Positions 7,428 to 18,356 of a stretch of 64,000 nt of DNA are shown one piece after another. Numbering within the stretch: the first letter of the stretch is position 1; every line of letters begins with the position of its first letter. Both the position numbers and the translations under genes were made by a program. The notes beneath the pieces are model-generated. The model worked only from the letters and a program-made list of their open reading frames with translations. It did not search any database and was not told the DNA's origin. Source of the stretch: an uncultured Actinomycetota bacterium (GTDB lineage Bacteria > Actinomycetota > Actinomycetes > Propionibacteriales > Nocardioidaceae); assembly GCA_963837995.1 (NCBI GenBank), contig CAWIPS010000010.1, positions 34,285-98,284 on the forward strand, read 5' to 3'.

Positions 7428-10400
7428 TCAGAAGCTGGGTGCCGACCGGTGTCGCCGGAGCTCCAACGCAGTGTCAAGCAGTTGTATGGCCCGCCGCTCG
7501 AACGAGTGCTGCTGATGCACTCGACGAGCGACCCTGCGTCGCTCCTCGGCGGTGCCGAAGGTGTGGTCGAGCGGGTCGTCGCGGACGAGGCCGGCCAGCG
7601 ACGTCGCGTCGGTGGCCACCTGAACTGAACTGCCGAACATGCCCTCCAGACCCGCCACGTCGTCCGAGATCACCCGGGCGCCGCTGGCGACCGCGTCGAA
7701 GAGCCGGTTGGACAGGAAGCCCTCACGCCGCATGTCCTCCCAGTGGTCGTTGAGCACCACGCCTGCGGAGGCGTAGAGCGCCCCCAGCTCGCGGTTCGGG
7801 ACGAAGGTCGCCTTGATGAGGTGCCGGGGGATCAGGTCCTCCCAGTCCGACCCGTAGACCGACAGCGGAAGGCCGGAGGCGACCGAGTGCCTGACGATCT
7901 GCCGGTAGTGCTGTCGCGACCCACCGACGAAGACCACCGGCTCTCCGGCGTCGGTCCGGCCACGGTCCGGGTGGAACAGCTCGGGATCCGTCGCCTGCAG
8001 CAGCGGGTCGATCCGCAGCGACCAGTGCCGGGACATCTTCTCGGCCCAGGAGTGGCTCGCAGCGAACACCCGGTCGTAGCAGGCGGCCTCCCTCCGCGTC
8101 AGCAGCTCCGGATGGGAGATCACCCACGCCAGGTTGACCTGCCCGTAGGCCGGCTGGAACGCCTCGAGGCCGCGCAGCACCAGGACCACGTCGTCGTGGT
8201 GCCCCGAGTGCCGGTGGAAGTCCTCACGGTGGTCGACGACGACCTGCTGGTCGAGCCCGCGCAGCGCGTCCGCCAGGCTGCGCGCGAAGTGGGTGTCGCC
8301 CCAGAGCTCCCGTCGCTCCCCGGCCGGTGACGCGACCTTCAGGGCCCAGCGCAGCCGGGGCAGCGTTCTCGTGCACACTCACCCGGGCGCGGGACAACAC
8401 CGGCTGCGGTGCGCACAGCCGGCGTTCCACACCCTCGCTCGGCACGGTCGCATAGCCGTGCACGTCGAACCCACGACTGGCCCACAGCCGTCTGTCGTCG
8501 CGCGGGGAGCGAGCCTCCCACCGGTCCAGGAACAGCTCACGCTCCAGGGCGGGCACGGAGCCCGCCCCGCGTTCAGGGGTCTGTGCGGGCGGCGTCCGGC
8601 GACCCCCTCGTGAGCGGGCCGGTCGGCTCACCCGTGACTCCGGCGCCAGGACGAAGCGGCCGCGGCGCGTGTGCAGCAGCCGGAGGCAGAGGTCGACGTC
8701 CTCGAGGCCGCCCCGGAACAGCGGGTCGAACCCTTGCAGAGCCACCAGGTCGTCGTACCGCATCGCCGTCGCTGCCCGGCTCAGGGCCATCAGCGGTACG
8801 TCGTCCAGACCCGCCGCGTCGGCGGCAGGGAACCCCTGGAGGAACTCGTAGGGCAACCCGCCACAGCTGGGGAAGGCGAAGCCCGCACAGTCGATGGAGC
8901 CGCTGGCACCGGTCACCAGGGCCTGCGCTCCCAGCACGTCGGGGGACTCCAGTGCCCCGACCAGCGGATCCAGCCAGCGGGGCTGGACGCGCACGTCACC
9001 GGCGAGCCACACGACCACCGAGCCGTTCGCCTGCCGCAGGGCGAGGTTGCTGCTGAGCGCGGCGCCGACCGACGCGGGGATGTGGACGACGCGGACGTCG
9101 TCGAACCTGGCCTCCAGCGAGGACAGCACCACCGAGGTGAGGCTCTGCGACCCGTCGTCGACGACCAGGCACTCGCAGGACCGGCCTGCGGGCGCCCCGG
9201 CCGTGACCACCTGCCTGACGCAGGCCACCGCCTGGCGCCATCCCGCAGCGCTGACCACGACGGTGACCAGGTCCGTGCGCTGGTCACGACGCGACAGGGC
9301 GTCCCAGTCCACGGCGCACCGGTTGAACGCCACGTCGGCCCAGGTCGACACGCGGGCGTGGTCCAGCACGGACGGCTCGACCTCGGCGGCCAACGCCTCC
9401 ACGACCTCCTCGCGGCTCGTGCCCACCGCAGCCACCGACCGGACGGGGAACCGGGACGCCAGGCGGAGCACCAGGTCGGTCTCCCACGAGCCGGGCAGCT
9501 GCTCGTCGAAGCCGCCGACCGCCCAGAACGCGCTCCGGCGGACCACCAGGCGGGCCAGCTCGACGGTCACCGGGGACGCCGGCGGCCCCAGGGCCGCGGA
9601 TGCGGCGGCGTACACGTCGTGCGTGCCGGGCCGCACCACCCGCATCACGTCGGAGGCGGCGGGCGCGTCCTCCTCGGTGCAGACCGCCTGCAGCAGCCGG
9701 AGGCGTCCCGGGGCCCACACGTCCCCGGGGAGGGCCCAGGCGAGGAGGTCACCGGCGGCTCGCCGGGCGGCCCGGTTGAGACCCACCGACGGACGCTCGC
9801 CGGCGGTCCCGTCGTAGGACACGACCACCAGTGCCGCCTCCGGGAACCACCGCTCGAGCTCTCGCCTCAGCTCCACGCCGCGACGGGTCCCGTCGGCGAC
9901 GACGACGACCTCGCGGGCTGCCTGCTCCTGGTCGAGGACCGAGCGCACGGTGCGCTCGAGGGCCCTCGGGTCGGCTCCGGCGGGCACCACCACGGTGACC
10001 AGCGGCTCGCCCGGCCCGGGAGCCGATGACCCCGGAGCCGGCTCCGGCTGCGGTGGGTGCCTGGTCCGGGACCTGGGGACCCGGCTCCTGCGCTCCAGCC
10101 ACTCGCGGTGCCGGGCGGCCACCCAGTCGACCAGCCCCCGGGGCTCGCCCTCGTGCGGCTGGTACCAGTCGTTCGGCGCGAGCCGCTGGCGGGCCCCGAC
10201 CTCCAGGTAGTGGCCCAGCGGCCCGAGGGGATGGGCGGCGGCGGCCGGGCTCGCCGCCCGGTAGGCCTTGAGGTCGAACAGCGGGTGGGTGGCCACGTCG
10301 TAGCGCTGCTGCCGGATGTAGGTGGCCAGGGGGTTGCCGCCCTCGCCCAGTGAGGGGCAGGCGGCGACGACGTGCTCGGTGGCGAACAGCGGGTGCGGGT

Positions 10401-10644
10401 GCAGCCCTCGTCGGGCCCCACGCCGCAGGTAGTGCCGGGCGGCCGCCAGCGGGCGGCTGTCGCAACCGGCGGTCCCGGCATAGAAGACCGGGTCGAAGAA
10501 GGGGGATGCGGCCAGCAGCGCGGCGTCGTCCGCGTCCGGGCCGGGGACGTCCGGGGGCGGCGCGTCCCCCGGGGCGTCGGGTACGGCGACGTGGGAGCCG
10601 GGCGCGGGGTCGGCTCCCCTGCCCGCCCGGGCGCCGTGCTGCAC
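7428..10644 (-). CDS. Multi-domain glycosyltransferase (N-terminal repeats + two GT2-like domains + CgeB/Glyco_trans_1_2-like C-domain), one frameshift at ~8364
   Basis: ORFs 8224-10644 and 7428-8378 join at ...VSVHE/LPRLRWALKVASP...WGDTHFA; C-domain LNDHWEDMRREGFLSNRLFDAVASGARVISD. Start uncertain. Confidence 0.75.
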
Positions 10645-11272
10645 AGCCCTGGCGACGCGCCGCCACGCCCCGGTGTTCCCGGCTGGCGTCCCGGCTGGCT
10701 CACTGGCCGGTGTCCCGGCCGGCTCACGGCCGGCTCACTGGCCGATATCGTCATCGCTGACCCCAAGATGATGTTGCGCCCTCGGCGTGCTGCTCCCTCG
10801 CCCCGCGGATCCGTCCGCGACCGCACACGGGCCGCCCGGTTGCGGACGCGCCTGCGTGAGGCAGCGTGCCATCAATCGAACCATGATGCCTGGTGAACAG
10901 TAAAGGTCGCCGTCGTGACTCACCGAGTCGCCCCGTCTTGGGGCCCGGACCGTGCCGAGTCGGCCACCTGCAGGGTGCGGTTGGCGTCCAGATGTGCGAC
11001 AACGGCTGCCTTTTCGTCGGATCCGCAACCGTTCATATACATATGCGTGGAAACGGCTCTCCGGGTCGACCCTCGACCCCTGAGTCGCTCCTGCGGGGCG
11101 AGCCGCCGTACGGCGGGGTGCCTCGCCGTACGCCGCACTGTCGGGCCACGGCACCGCGCCCGCTCCCCATGGACCGCTGGCGCCTCCCATGGGCCCTGCC
11201 CCGCGGGAGGCGCCCAACGTCCTGGATCCCCCGGTAACTGGCGGGGCGGCCCCCGGTCTCAGACGCGGTCGC

Positions 11273-14200
11273 TCACCGCTTCAGCAGCCGGTCGTCACCG
11301 ACCCGTCGTCGAAGGGCGCGTACGTCGACCGGAGCTGCTCGCGGGCCGCGGCCCACTTGTCGTCCTCCTCGAGGGCCCCGAGCAGCTCCTCGGTGCTGCG
11401 GACGATGGGGCCCGCGGCCACCGACTCGAAGTCCAGGTAGAGGCCGCGGACCCGGTCGCGGTAGTCCTCGAGGTCGGGGGCCAGGAGGATACATCGGCTT
11501 GTCGGTGACCGCGAAGTCGAACATCGCCGCCGAGTAGTCGGTGACGAGCACGTCGGCGGCCAGGTAGAGCCGAGTGATGTCGGGGTAGGCGGTCACGTCG
11601 ACGACTCGCTCTGGGTCTTTACCCGTGACCGGTGCGCGGTGTTGGGGTGCCCGCGCACCAGCACGGTGACGTCCGGCCGGGCGGAGGTGACGGCCTCCGT
11701 GGTCCAGATGCAGCATCTTCTCCCAGGTGCCGCTCCGCGGCGGGCGTCGTCGCGCCAGGTCGGGGCGTACAGAAGCACCGTCTGGTCCTCGCCCACTCCC
11801 GAGCGCGGTCCCGCACCGCCTCCCGCAACCGGCCGGCCCCGGGGCCGAGGAGTACGTCGCTGCTCGGTCTGCCGATCTCGAGGACCCGGCCGGCGTACTC
11901 GAACGCCCGGCGGAAGATCTCGGTGGCAGAACGGCGTTCGGGGAGACGAGGTAGGTCCCAGGTCCGGGCCTGCGGAGAGCAGGAGCCGAAGGTAATGCTC
12001 GGTGGACATCCGCTGGTGCGGGATGTCGGTGCCGATCCGCTTCAGCGGCGTCCCGTGCCAGGTCTGGAGGTAGACCTGGCCGGGCCGCTTCCGGAAGAAC
12101 CAGGGGCAGGGTGTTGTTGGTGACGAGCAGCCGGGCCGACCCCATGGCGTCGTACCACTCCGGGGTGCCCCGCACCACGGCACGGGTGCCCTCGACGGGG
12201 GCCACGCTGAGGTCCTCGACGCTCCAGACCAGGTCGAGGTCGCTGCCGCTCGTCGAGGAGCCGGTCGCACACCGCGCGGGGAGCCTCGCCTGTGCCGGCG
12301 CCCTCGAAGCACTCGAAGACCACTCGCTGCTCGGGGCCCCGGGCCAGCGCACGGGCATAGCCGCCCGGACCGGAGCTGCTGCTGGCCTAGCGGCTCGCAG
12401 TGGCCGGGGCGCCCACCCGGCTGCGTCGCAGCAGCACCCGTCGGTCCGCGGCGATCTCGACCGACCAGCCGTCGAACGGCGACGGAGCGCTGGGTCGGTG
12501 GTAGAGGTGGCCCGCCAGCACCCGGACCGCCGGCTCGTGCTCGGGGTCGGTGTCCGTCTCGGCGACCAGCGTGTAGAGGTTCGGGGGCAGCTGCGGTCCG
12601 CGTCGTCCCCCATGGCGTGTGCCAGAGCGGCACCTCGACGTGCAGAAGGCGCCGTCCAGGACCTCCAGCGATCCCCGAGCCGGAGTCCGCCCGGGGCCAC
12701 GCAGGAGCAGGCGGCCGTCCGCGACCCGGTGTGCCCGCCCCGTCACGACCATCGAGCGGGTGCCGCGGCCGCACGTCGTCGACCAAGAGGCAGGGCTGGT
12801 CCGGTACTGCGGTCAGTCGGCCGTCGTTGCTGACCACCAGGCACGCCTGCTCGTGGCGGACCGAGGCGGGCTCGAGGTCGCCGACGACGGCCAGGGTCTG
12901 CCGGTCCGGGGTCTGCGCGGCGACCCGGACCCGGCCGGTGACCGGGCTGCCCGTGCGGGGCGCGGCCCGGCCAACCGGACCAGCCATCCCGCATTCCCGG
13001 CTCGTCGGCACGATGGTCGCAGGACACGGCATCCGGACCCACATGGACCTGAGTCAGCGCGACCAGGCCCGGCGCGCTGGCGTCGAGCTCGAACGCGTCC
13101 TGGTCCGCGACCACGCGGTGACCGCAGCGTAGTCCCGGTGCACCTCGATCAGGAGACCGCGGCGGTCCGACCAGCTCGTCGTCACCAGCGCGTCGCGCAC
13201 CCGCACCGTCCTCGGGACGACGGCGCTGCCGTGCTCGCTGCGGGACTCGAGACAGTTCTCGACGCGCATCTGCCCGAATGCCGCGTCGACGCGCAGCTCC
13301 CATCGGGCGACCCGTCTCGACCCGCTGGCGGTGACCAGTGCCTCGAGGTCGACCTCGGCGACCACGGTGGACCGCGAGTGGTTCTCGTGGGCGCGGCGGG
13401 CGGCCAGGTTGCCCCCGGGGTCGACCTCGACCCGCGTCGGGACGACCGGGTACGACGTGTCGGCAGGCCCGACCAGCGAGACCGAGGTCGTCACGTCATG
13501 GCGGTCGGGGTCGACGTAGGACAGTGCGGCCAGGAGGCGGACCGCCAGAACGCCGCTGGTGGACCAGTCCAACGAGTCCAGTCGGGTGGTCAGCCGCAGG
13601 TCCACATCCGCGGATCCTCAGGAGCTCGTCCGGGACCATCGGCGGGTGCGGCTCCAGGGCCGGGATCCGAGCGACGAGATGACCGTCTCGGACGGTCACG
13701 GGGAAGTCGGACCCTTCGAACCCCTCGTCGCGCACGAGCCGCCGCAGTGCGTCGCGATGTCCCTGACGACCCAGCCACACCGCGAGCCGGACCCGCAGCT
13801 CCAGCCCGTCGTCGAGGTCCTCGGGAGCCTGCTGGGCGATCGAGACGAGGTTGTCCTGCAGGACTGCCCAGTAGTCGTCCCCGGCGTCCGCCGCCACCTT
13901 GAGGTAGCCGAAGAAGTCCTGACGCAGCGCCTTGACGTACCAGCTTCGAAGCACCGCCTCCGAGGCTGCCTCGCGCAGGAAGCCGGCGAGCTCCCGCTGG
14001 GTGGCCACCCGGTCCAGGAGATCCTGCATCTCCGCCTTCTGCTGGCTGATCGAGCTCCGGTCATCGCGCTTGCGCCACCGGTAGACCACGTGGGGCAGCA
14101 CGTCGAAGGCGCGGGCCTCGAGGTAGGCGCGGGTGATCGGCACCTGGTCCTCATATCGCGTGCCCTCCGGGAACCGCAGTCCGATCCGGTCCACGAACTC

Positions 14201-14809
14201 GCGGCGGAACACCTTGGTGCAGGCCATCACGTTGGTGAGCATCGCCGGGACGTCGTCGATGGTGGTCGCCAGCCGGCGCCGCGCATGGGCCCGCCTGGCC
14301 CACGGCCGCATCCGCTCGACCCCGCCCTCGTCACGCACGAGGGCGCCGACGACGAAGTCCGAGCCGGACCTGCGCAGCGCGGCCACCATCAACCGGTAGG
14401 CATCGGTGGGGACGGTGTCGTCGGAGTCGGCGAAGGTGACCAGGTCGCCGGTGCTGCGGGCCAGGCCCGCGTTGCGCGCCGCCCCCAGACCCGCGTTCTC
14501 CTGACGGACGACGAGCACGCGAGGGTCTCGCTCGGCGTAGCCGCGGGCGATGTCGGCGCTGCGGTCCGTCGACCCGTCGTCGACGAGGATGACCTCGAGA
14601 TGTTCGTAGGTCTGGGTGAGCAACGAGTCCAGGCACTCGGCGAGATAGTCCTCCACCTGGTAGACGGGCACCACCACGCTCAGGAGTGGCTCCTCGGCCA
14701 GCGGCTCGCCCCGTGCCTCCTCAGCCGCCGGCTGACGGCCGCGGGCAACAGCACCGACAGGGGCGAGCCGCCTGAGCCGGTGGCGGACGCGGTCGGCGGC
14801 TCTGCCCAT
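11273..14809 (-). CDS. Bifunctional GT2 / CDP-glycerol glycerophosphotransferase (TagF-like), multiply frameshifted
   Basis: N-term LSVVVPVYQVEDYLAECLDSLL, ILVDDGSTD, TFADSDD; C-term pieces across frames: YLQTWHGTPLKRIG, LLYAPTWRDD, YPDITRLYLAADVLVTDYSAAMFDFAVTDKP. Several indels between 11300 and 13620. Confidence 0.8.
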
Positions 14810-14944
14810 GCGCCGTAAACCTACCGGTGGGGCAGGAGCGCACCAAGCACCCAGAGAAGAGTGGCGAGCCGCGCCCAAACCATCTTCAACCGGTAGATCC
14901 CGGATCACTCGGACCGGGGCACCGAACTGTCCTAACCTCGATAG

Positions 14945-16360
14945 ATGCCCCGAACCCGTGCCGCCCTGGTCCTCGCGCTGACGACCCTGCTGGTGGCCGG
15001 CATCTGCGCTGTGACCACCTCGCCCTCGCAGGCGACGGTCCGGACGAGGGCCTCGTTCCACCTCTCCTCGCAGCATCCCGTCGCCCGTGAGTTCTTCACG
15101 GCGTCCGGACGCGTGTCCACGCGCTTCCGGCGTCCGGTCCTGGTGCGGGCGCTGATCGGACGCAGCTGGCGGGTGGTCCGGCGCGCGAAGACCTCCCCCC
15201 GCGGGGTCTACCGGGTCACCCGGCTCGCGACCACGACTCGTCGCAGGTACTCCGTGATGGTGCCCGCGGTGCGCCGGTCCGGCCGGATCTTCACCGGGGT
15301 CGTCACCGGCGCCCGGATCGTGTCCCCCGTCCGACAGTCCGCCTCAATGGACGTGCTCCCCCCGATCGCCCAGCGCGGCTCGGCTGCCGCGGACTCATCC
15401 TCGGCGGAGAACTCGGTGGTCGCCCGGTTCTCGCCCGCTCGTCCGGGGCGTCCCGTCACGTTCCGCGAACGGAAGCCCGGCGGCCGCTCGGTGGTCCTCG
15501 GACGTGCCACCCGCCAGGGAGCCGACGGCACCGCCTACTTCTTCGGGGCTGCCGGGACCCGCGTGTTCCAGGCGACCACGGCGTCGCGCTCCGGCGCCCC
15601 GGCGGTGACCACCGGCGTCGCCGGCAGCACCTGGGTCCCCACGTTCGACGACGACTTCTCCGGCACGACCCTGGATCCGGCCAAGTGGACCTATCGCACC
15701 GGCCGGACGTCGTCACGCACCCACTCGACCAACGACAAGCGCTCGGTGTCGATGGGGTCCGGGACGCTGCGGTTGCAGGTCAGGCTCGACCCGTCGGCGC
15801 CCAACACCACCGCAGCCAACACCAGGTACCTCAACGGCCAGATCGGCACGCTCGGCACGTACGACTTCACCTACGGTGTCGCAGCGGCCCGGGTCAGGTT
15901 CTCCCCCGTCCGCGGTCAGCACGGGTCGTTCTGGCTGCAGTCCCCGACCTATGGCCGCGTCCCCGGCAACCCGGCAACCAGCGGCACGGAGATCGACGTC
16001 GCCGAGTTCTTCGGCAGTGGCTACCCGCAGGGCGGCTTGGCCAACTACGTCTACTACGCGGATCGGACCGGTCACAACGTCAAGATCGGTGGCGTGTGGC
16101 CACGAGCCGCCACGCTGGCCCCACGAGGAGACACCTGGTGGAACAGCTTTCATGTGTTCTCGGTGAAGTGGGGTCCGCGGGGCTATACCTTCTACGTCGA
16201 CGGACGCGTGCTGTACGCCACCACCCAGGCCGTCTCCAGGACCAAGCAGTACCTCATTCTCAGCCTGCTCACCTCTGACTGGGAGCTGCCGGACCTCCGA
16301 CGAGCCAGCCTGCCGACGTCGATGTCCGTGGACTGGGCGAGGGTGTGGCAAGCCGGATAG
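14945..16360 (+). CDS. Secreted glycoside hydrolase family 16 protein
   Basis: Signal peptide MPRTRAALVLALTTLLVAGICAV; TFDDDFSGTTLDPAKW, YGVAAARVRF, catalytic GTEIDVAE (ExDxxE), SFHVFSVKW, MSVDWARVW. Confidence 0.85.
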   Translation: MPRTRAALVLALTTLLVAGICAVTTSPSQATVRTRASFHLSSQHPVAREFFTASGRVSTRFRRPVLVRALIGRSWRVVRRAKTSPRGVYRVTRLATTTRRRYSVMVPAVRRSGRIFTGVVTGARIVSPVRQSASMDVLPPIAQRGSAAADSSSAENSVVARFSPARPGRPVTFRERKPGGRSVVLGRATRQGADGTAYFFGAAGTRVFQATTASRSGAPAVTTGVAGSTWVPTFDDDFSGTTLDPAKWTYRTGRTSSRTHSTNDKRSVSMGSGTLRLQVRLDPSAPNTTAANTRYLNGQIGTLGTYDFTYGVAAARVRFSPVRGQHGSFWLQSPTYGRVPGNPATSGTEIDVAEFFGSGYPQGGLANYVYYADRTGHNVKIGGVWPRAATLAPRGDTWWNSFHVFSVKWGPRGYTFYVDGRVLYATTQAVSRTKQYLILSLLTSDWELPDLRRASLPTSMSVDWARVWQAG

Positions 16361-16370
16361 GGTCCGCTGG

Positions 16371-18356
16371 GTGACCGCACCGACCGGCCGGTTGGCCGAG
16401 CTGCTCGACGGGGTCGATCGGCTCCTCGTCGTCCGCGGCCCCTCCGTCACCCGCACGGACATCCAGGGGATCTGTGACCGCCCGGAGCTCGATCTGGGGC
16501 TGACCGAGGTGGGGAGGCCCGACTGGGTGCCGGACGAGGCGCTGGACGGGGTGCTGCTGGTGGTGCGCGACCGGATGGAGCTGCGGCAGGTGGTCGGAGC
16601 CTGCCAGGGGCTGCCCGGCAGCCCACGGCTGGGGTGCGTCCTGCTCGACAGCGACCGGCCGCCCCTCACCTCCGGACGGCCACGTTGGCCCGCGGTGCTG
16701 GCGATGGTGGCCGGGTCCTCGCCCGTCTGCTTCACCTTCCTCGAGCTGGCCGGACCCCTCCTGATGGGGGAGCTCACCGCGGACCTCGCCCGGCGGTCCA
16801 CCCCGAGGCACCTGATGTCGCCCGGCTGGCCGGTGCTGGCCCTGGACCGCGAGGCACCGGAGCTGTGGACTCCCGGTGACCCGTTGTCGGTGGTCGGCCG
16901 ATCCGAGGAGATCCTCGACCTGTCCGGCGACTACCCGGCGGACGTGGTGGTGGGCACCCGGTCCGGCGGCGCCCGTGGTGCGAGCCAGGACCGGTCCGCG
17001 CAGGAACATCACGTTCTGGGGTCCCTGTCCCGCACCCTGTTCCTGGCTCCCCCGCTGACCTGGTCGGACTACCACGAGCTGGGCGCCGAGCGCAGCGACC
17101 GGCAGCTCGCCGCCGAGCAGGGGCTCGCGCTGGGCGGCGTCGACTCGCAGCTGGTCAACCCCCAGGGCTTCGTACGCCGCGCCGCCGGGCCGGTCCGCGT
17201 GCTGACCGCCGTACCGGAGGCTCCACATCTGTGCCGGCTGGACACCGATGAGGGCCCGGTCCTGGTGGACACCCGGCGAGGGCCCGGGGAACGCGACCTG
17301 GCGCGGCTGCGGACGCTGCGGGGGGTGCACGTGGACTGGCAGGGGGCGACCGGACCCCGCGACTACGCCCGGCTCGTGGTCGCGCTGGCGATGGCCGGGG
17401 TGCCGCTGACCAGCGACCCCGCCCCGACCTGGGCCCGGGCCCAGCTGCACCCGGACCTGCTGGCGGCGACAGCGGGCGCAAGCGACCTCGACGACCCCAT
17501 GGCTCGAGAGGTCCGCAGCATCCGTGCCCGGCGCGTGGCGCTGGCCCGGCACAGCTCCGATGCCTGGCGGCGCCGGGTGGCCGAGGCGACCGGCGCGGCG
17601 GCCCCGCCGACTCCGCGGGTCAGTGTCCTGCTGCCCACGCGCCGCCCCGACCTCCTCGCGTTCGCGCTGCGCCAGGTCACCCGACAGCGCGACGTGAAGC
17701 TGGAGCTGGTGCTGGCCACGCACGGCCACGACCCCGACCAGCGCCTCCTCGACGAGGTTCGCGAGAGCGCCTCGCTGCCCGTCACTGCGGTGAGCGCGCC
17801 GGCCGAGGCGCCGTTCGGATCCCTGCTCAACGTGGCGGCCGGAGCCGCGACCGGTGACCTGTTGCTGAAGATGGACGACGACGACTGGTACGGCCCGGAC
17901 TTCGTGGGCGACCTGCTCCTGGCCCGCCAGTACAGTGGCGCCGACGTCGTCGGCACCCCGCCGGAGTTCATGTACGTCGAGGCGCTGAACGTGACGGTGC
18001 GCCGCAAGGACGCGACCGAGTCGTTCCGCCCGGTGGTGGCCGGCGGCACCATGCTGATCTCTCGGGAATGCTTCACCGCGGTAGGGGGGTTCCGGCGGAT
18101 GCGCCGCTACGTCGACGCGGGTCTCCTCCAGGGCGTCCTGGCGGCCGGCGGGTCCGTCTACCGGACGCACGGTCACGGCTACCTGCTGCGCCGAGGGGAC
18201 CGGGGCACACCTGGGACCCGGGGCTCGGCTACTTCGTGAGCCGCTCGCGGACCGCGGAGCAGTGGCGAGGCTTCCGGCCCAGCGTGCTCCTCGATGCCGA
18301 CGACGCCGACCGTCCGGCGTCCCCCGAGCCGCGCCCGCGAGAGGTCCCCCAGATGA
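16371..18356 (+). CDS. GT2 family glycosyltransferase, frameshift at ~18203
   Basis: VSVLLPTRRP, LLKMDDDDWYG; continues after a missing G in a G-run as GHTWDPGLGYF...; probable ATGA junction at 18353-18356. Confidence 0.7.

Larger units (their letters stand above)
960..7540. mobile_element. Lower-GC horizontally acquired island (no mobility gene seen)
   Basis: Hand-counted 60-mers: 35/60 GC at 1141-1200 and 36/60 at 5401-5460 versus 44/60 at 9001-9060; many A/T-ending codons inside. Boundaries approximate. Confidence 0.7.

Noticed and set aside
7172-7477. 101-aa minus-strand ORF between the island and the GT
   Set aside because: No motifs or codon bias; more likely a promoter/leader region.
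960-7540. Integrative element, prophage or transposon identity for the island
   Set aside because: No integrase, transposase, tRNA target or terminal direct/inverted repeats could be seen by eye.
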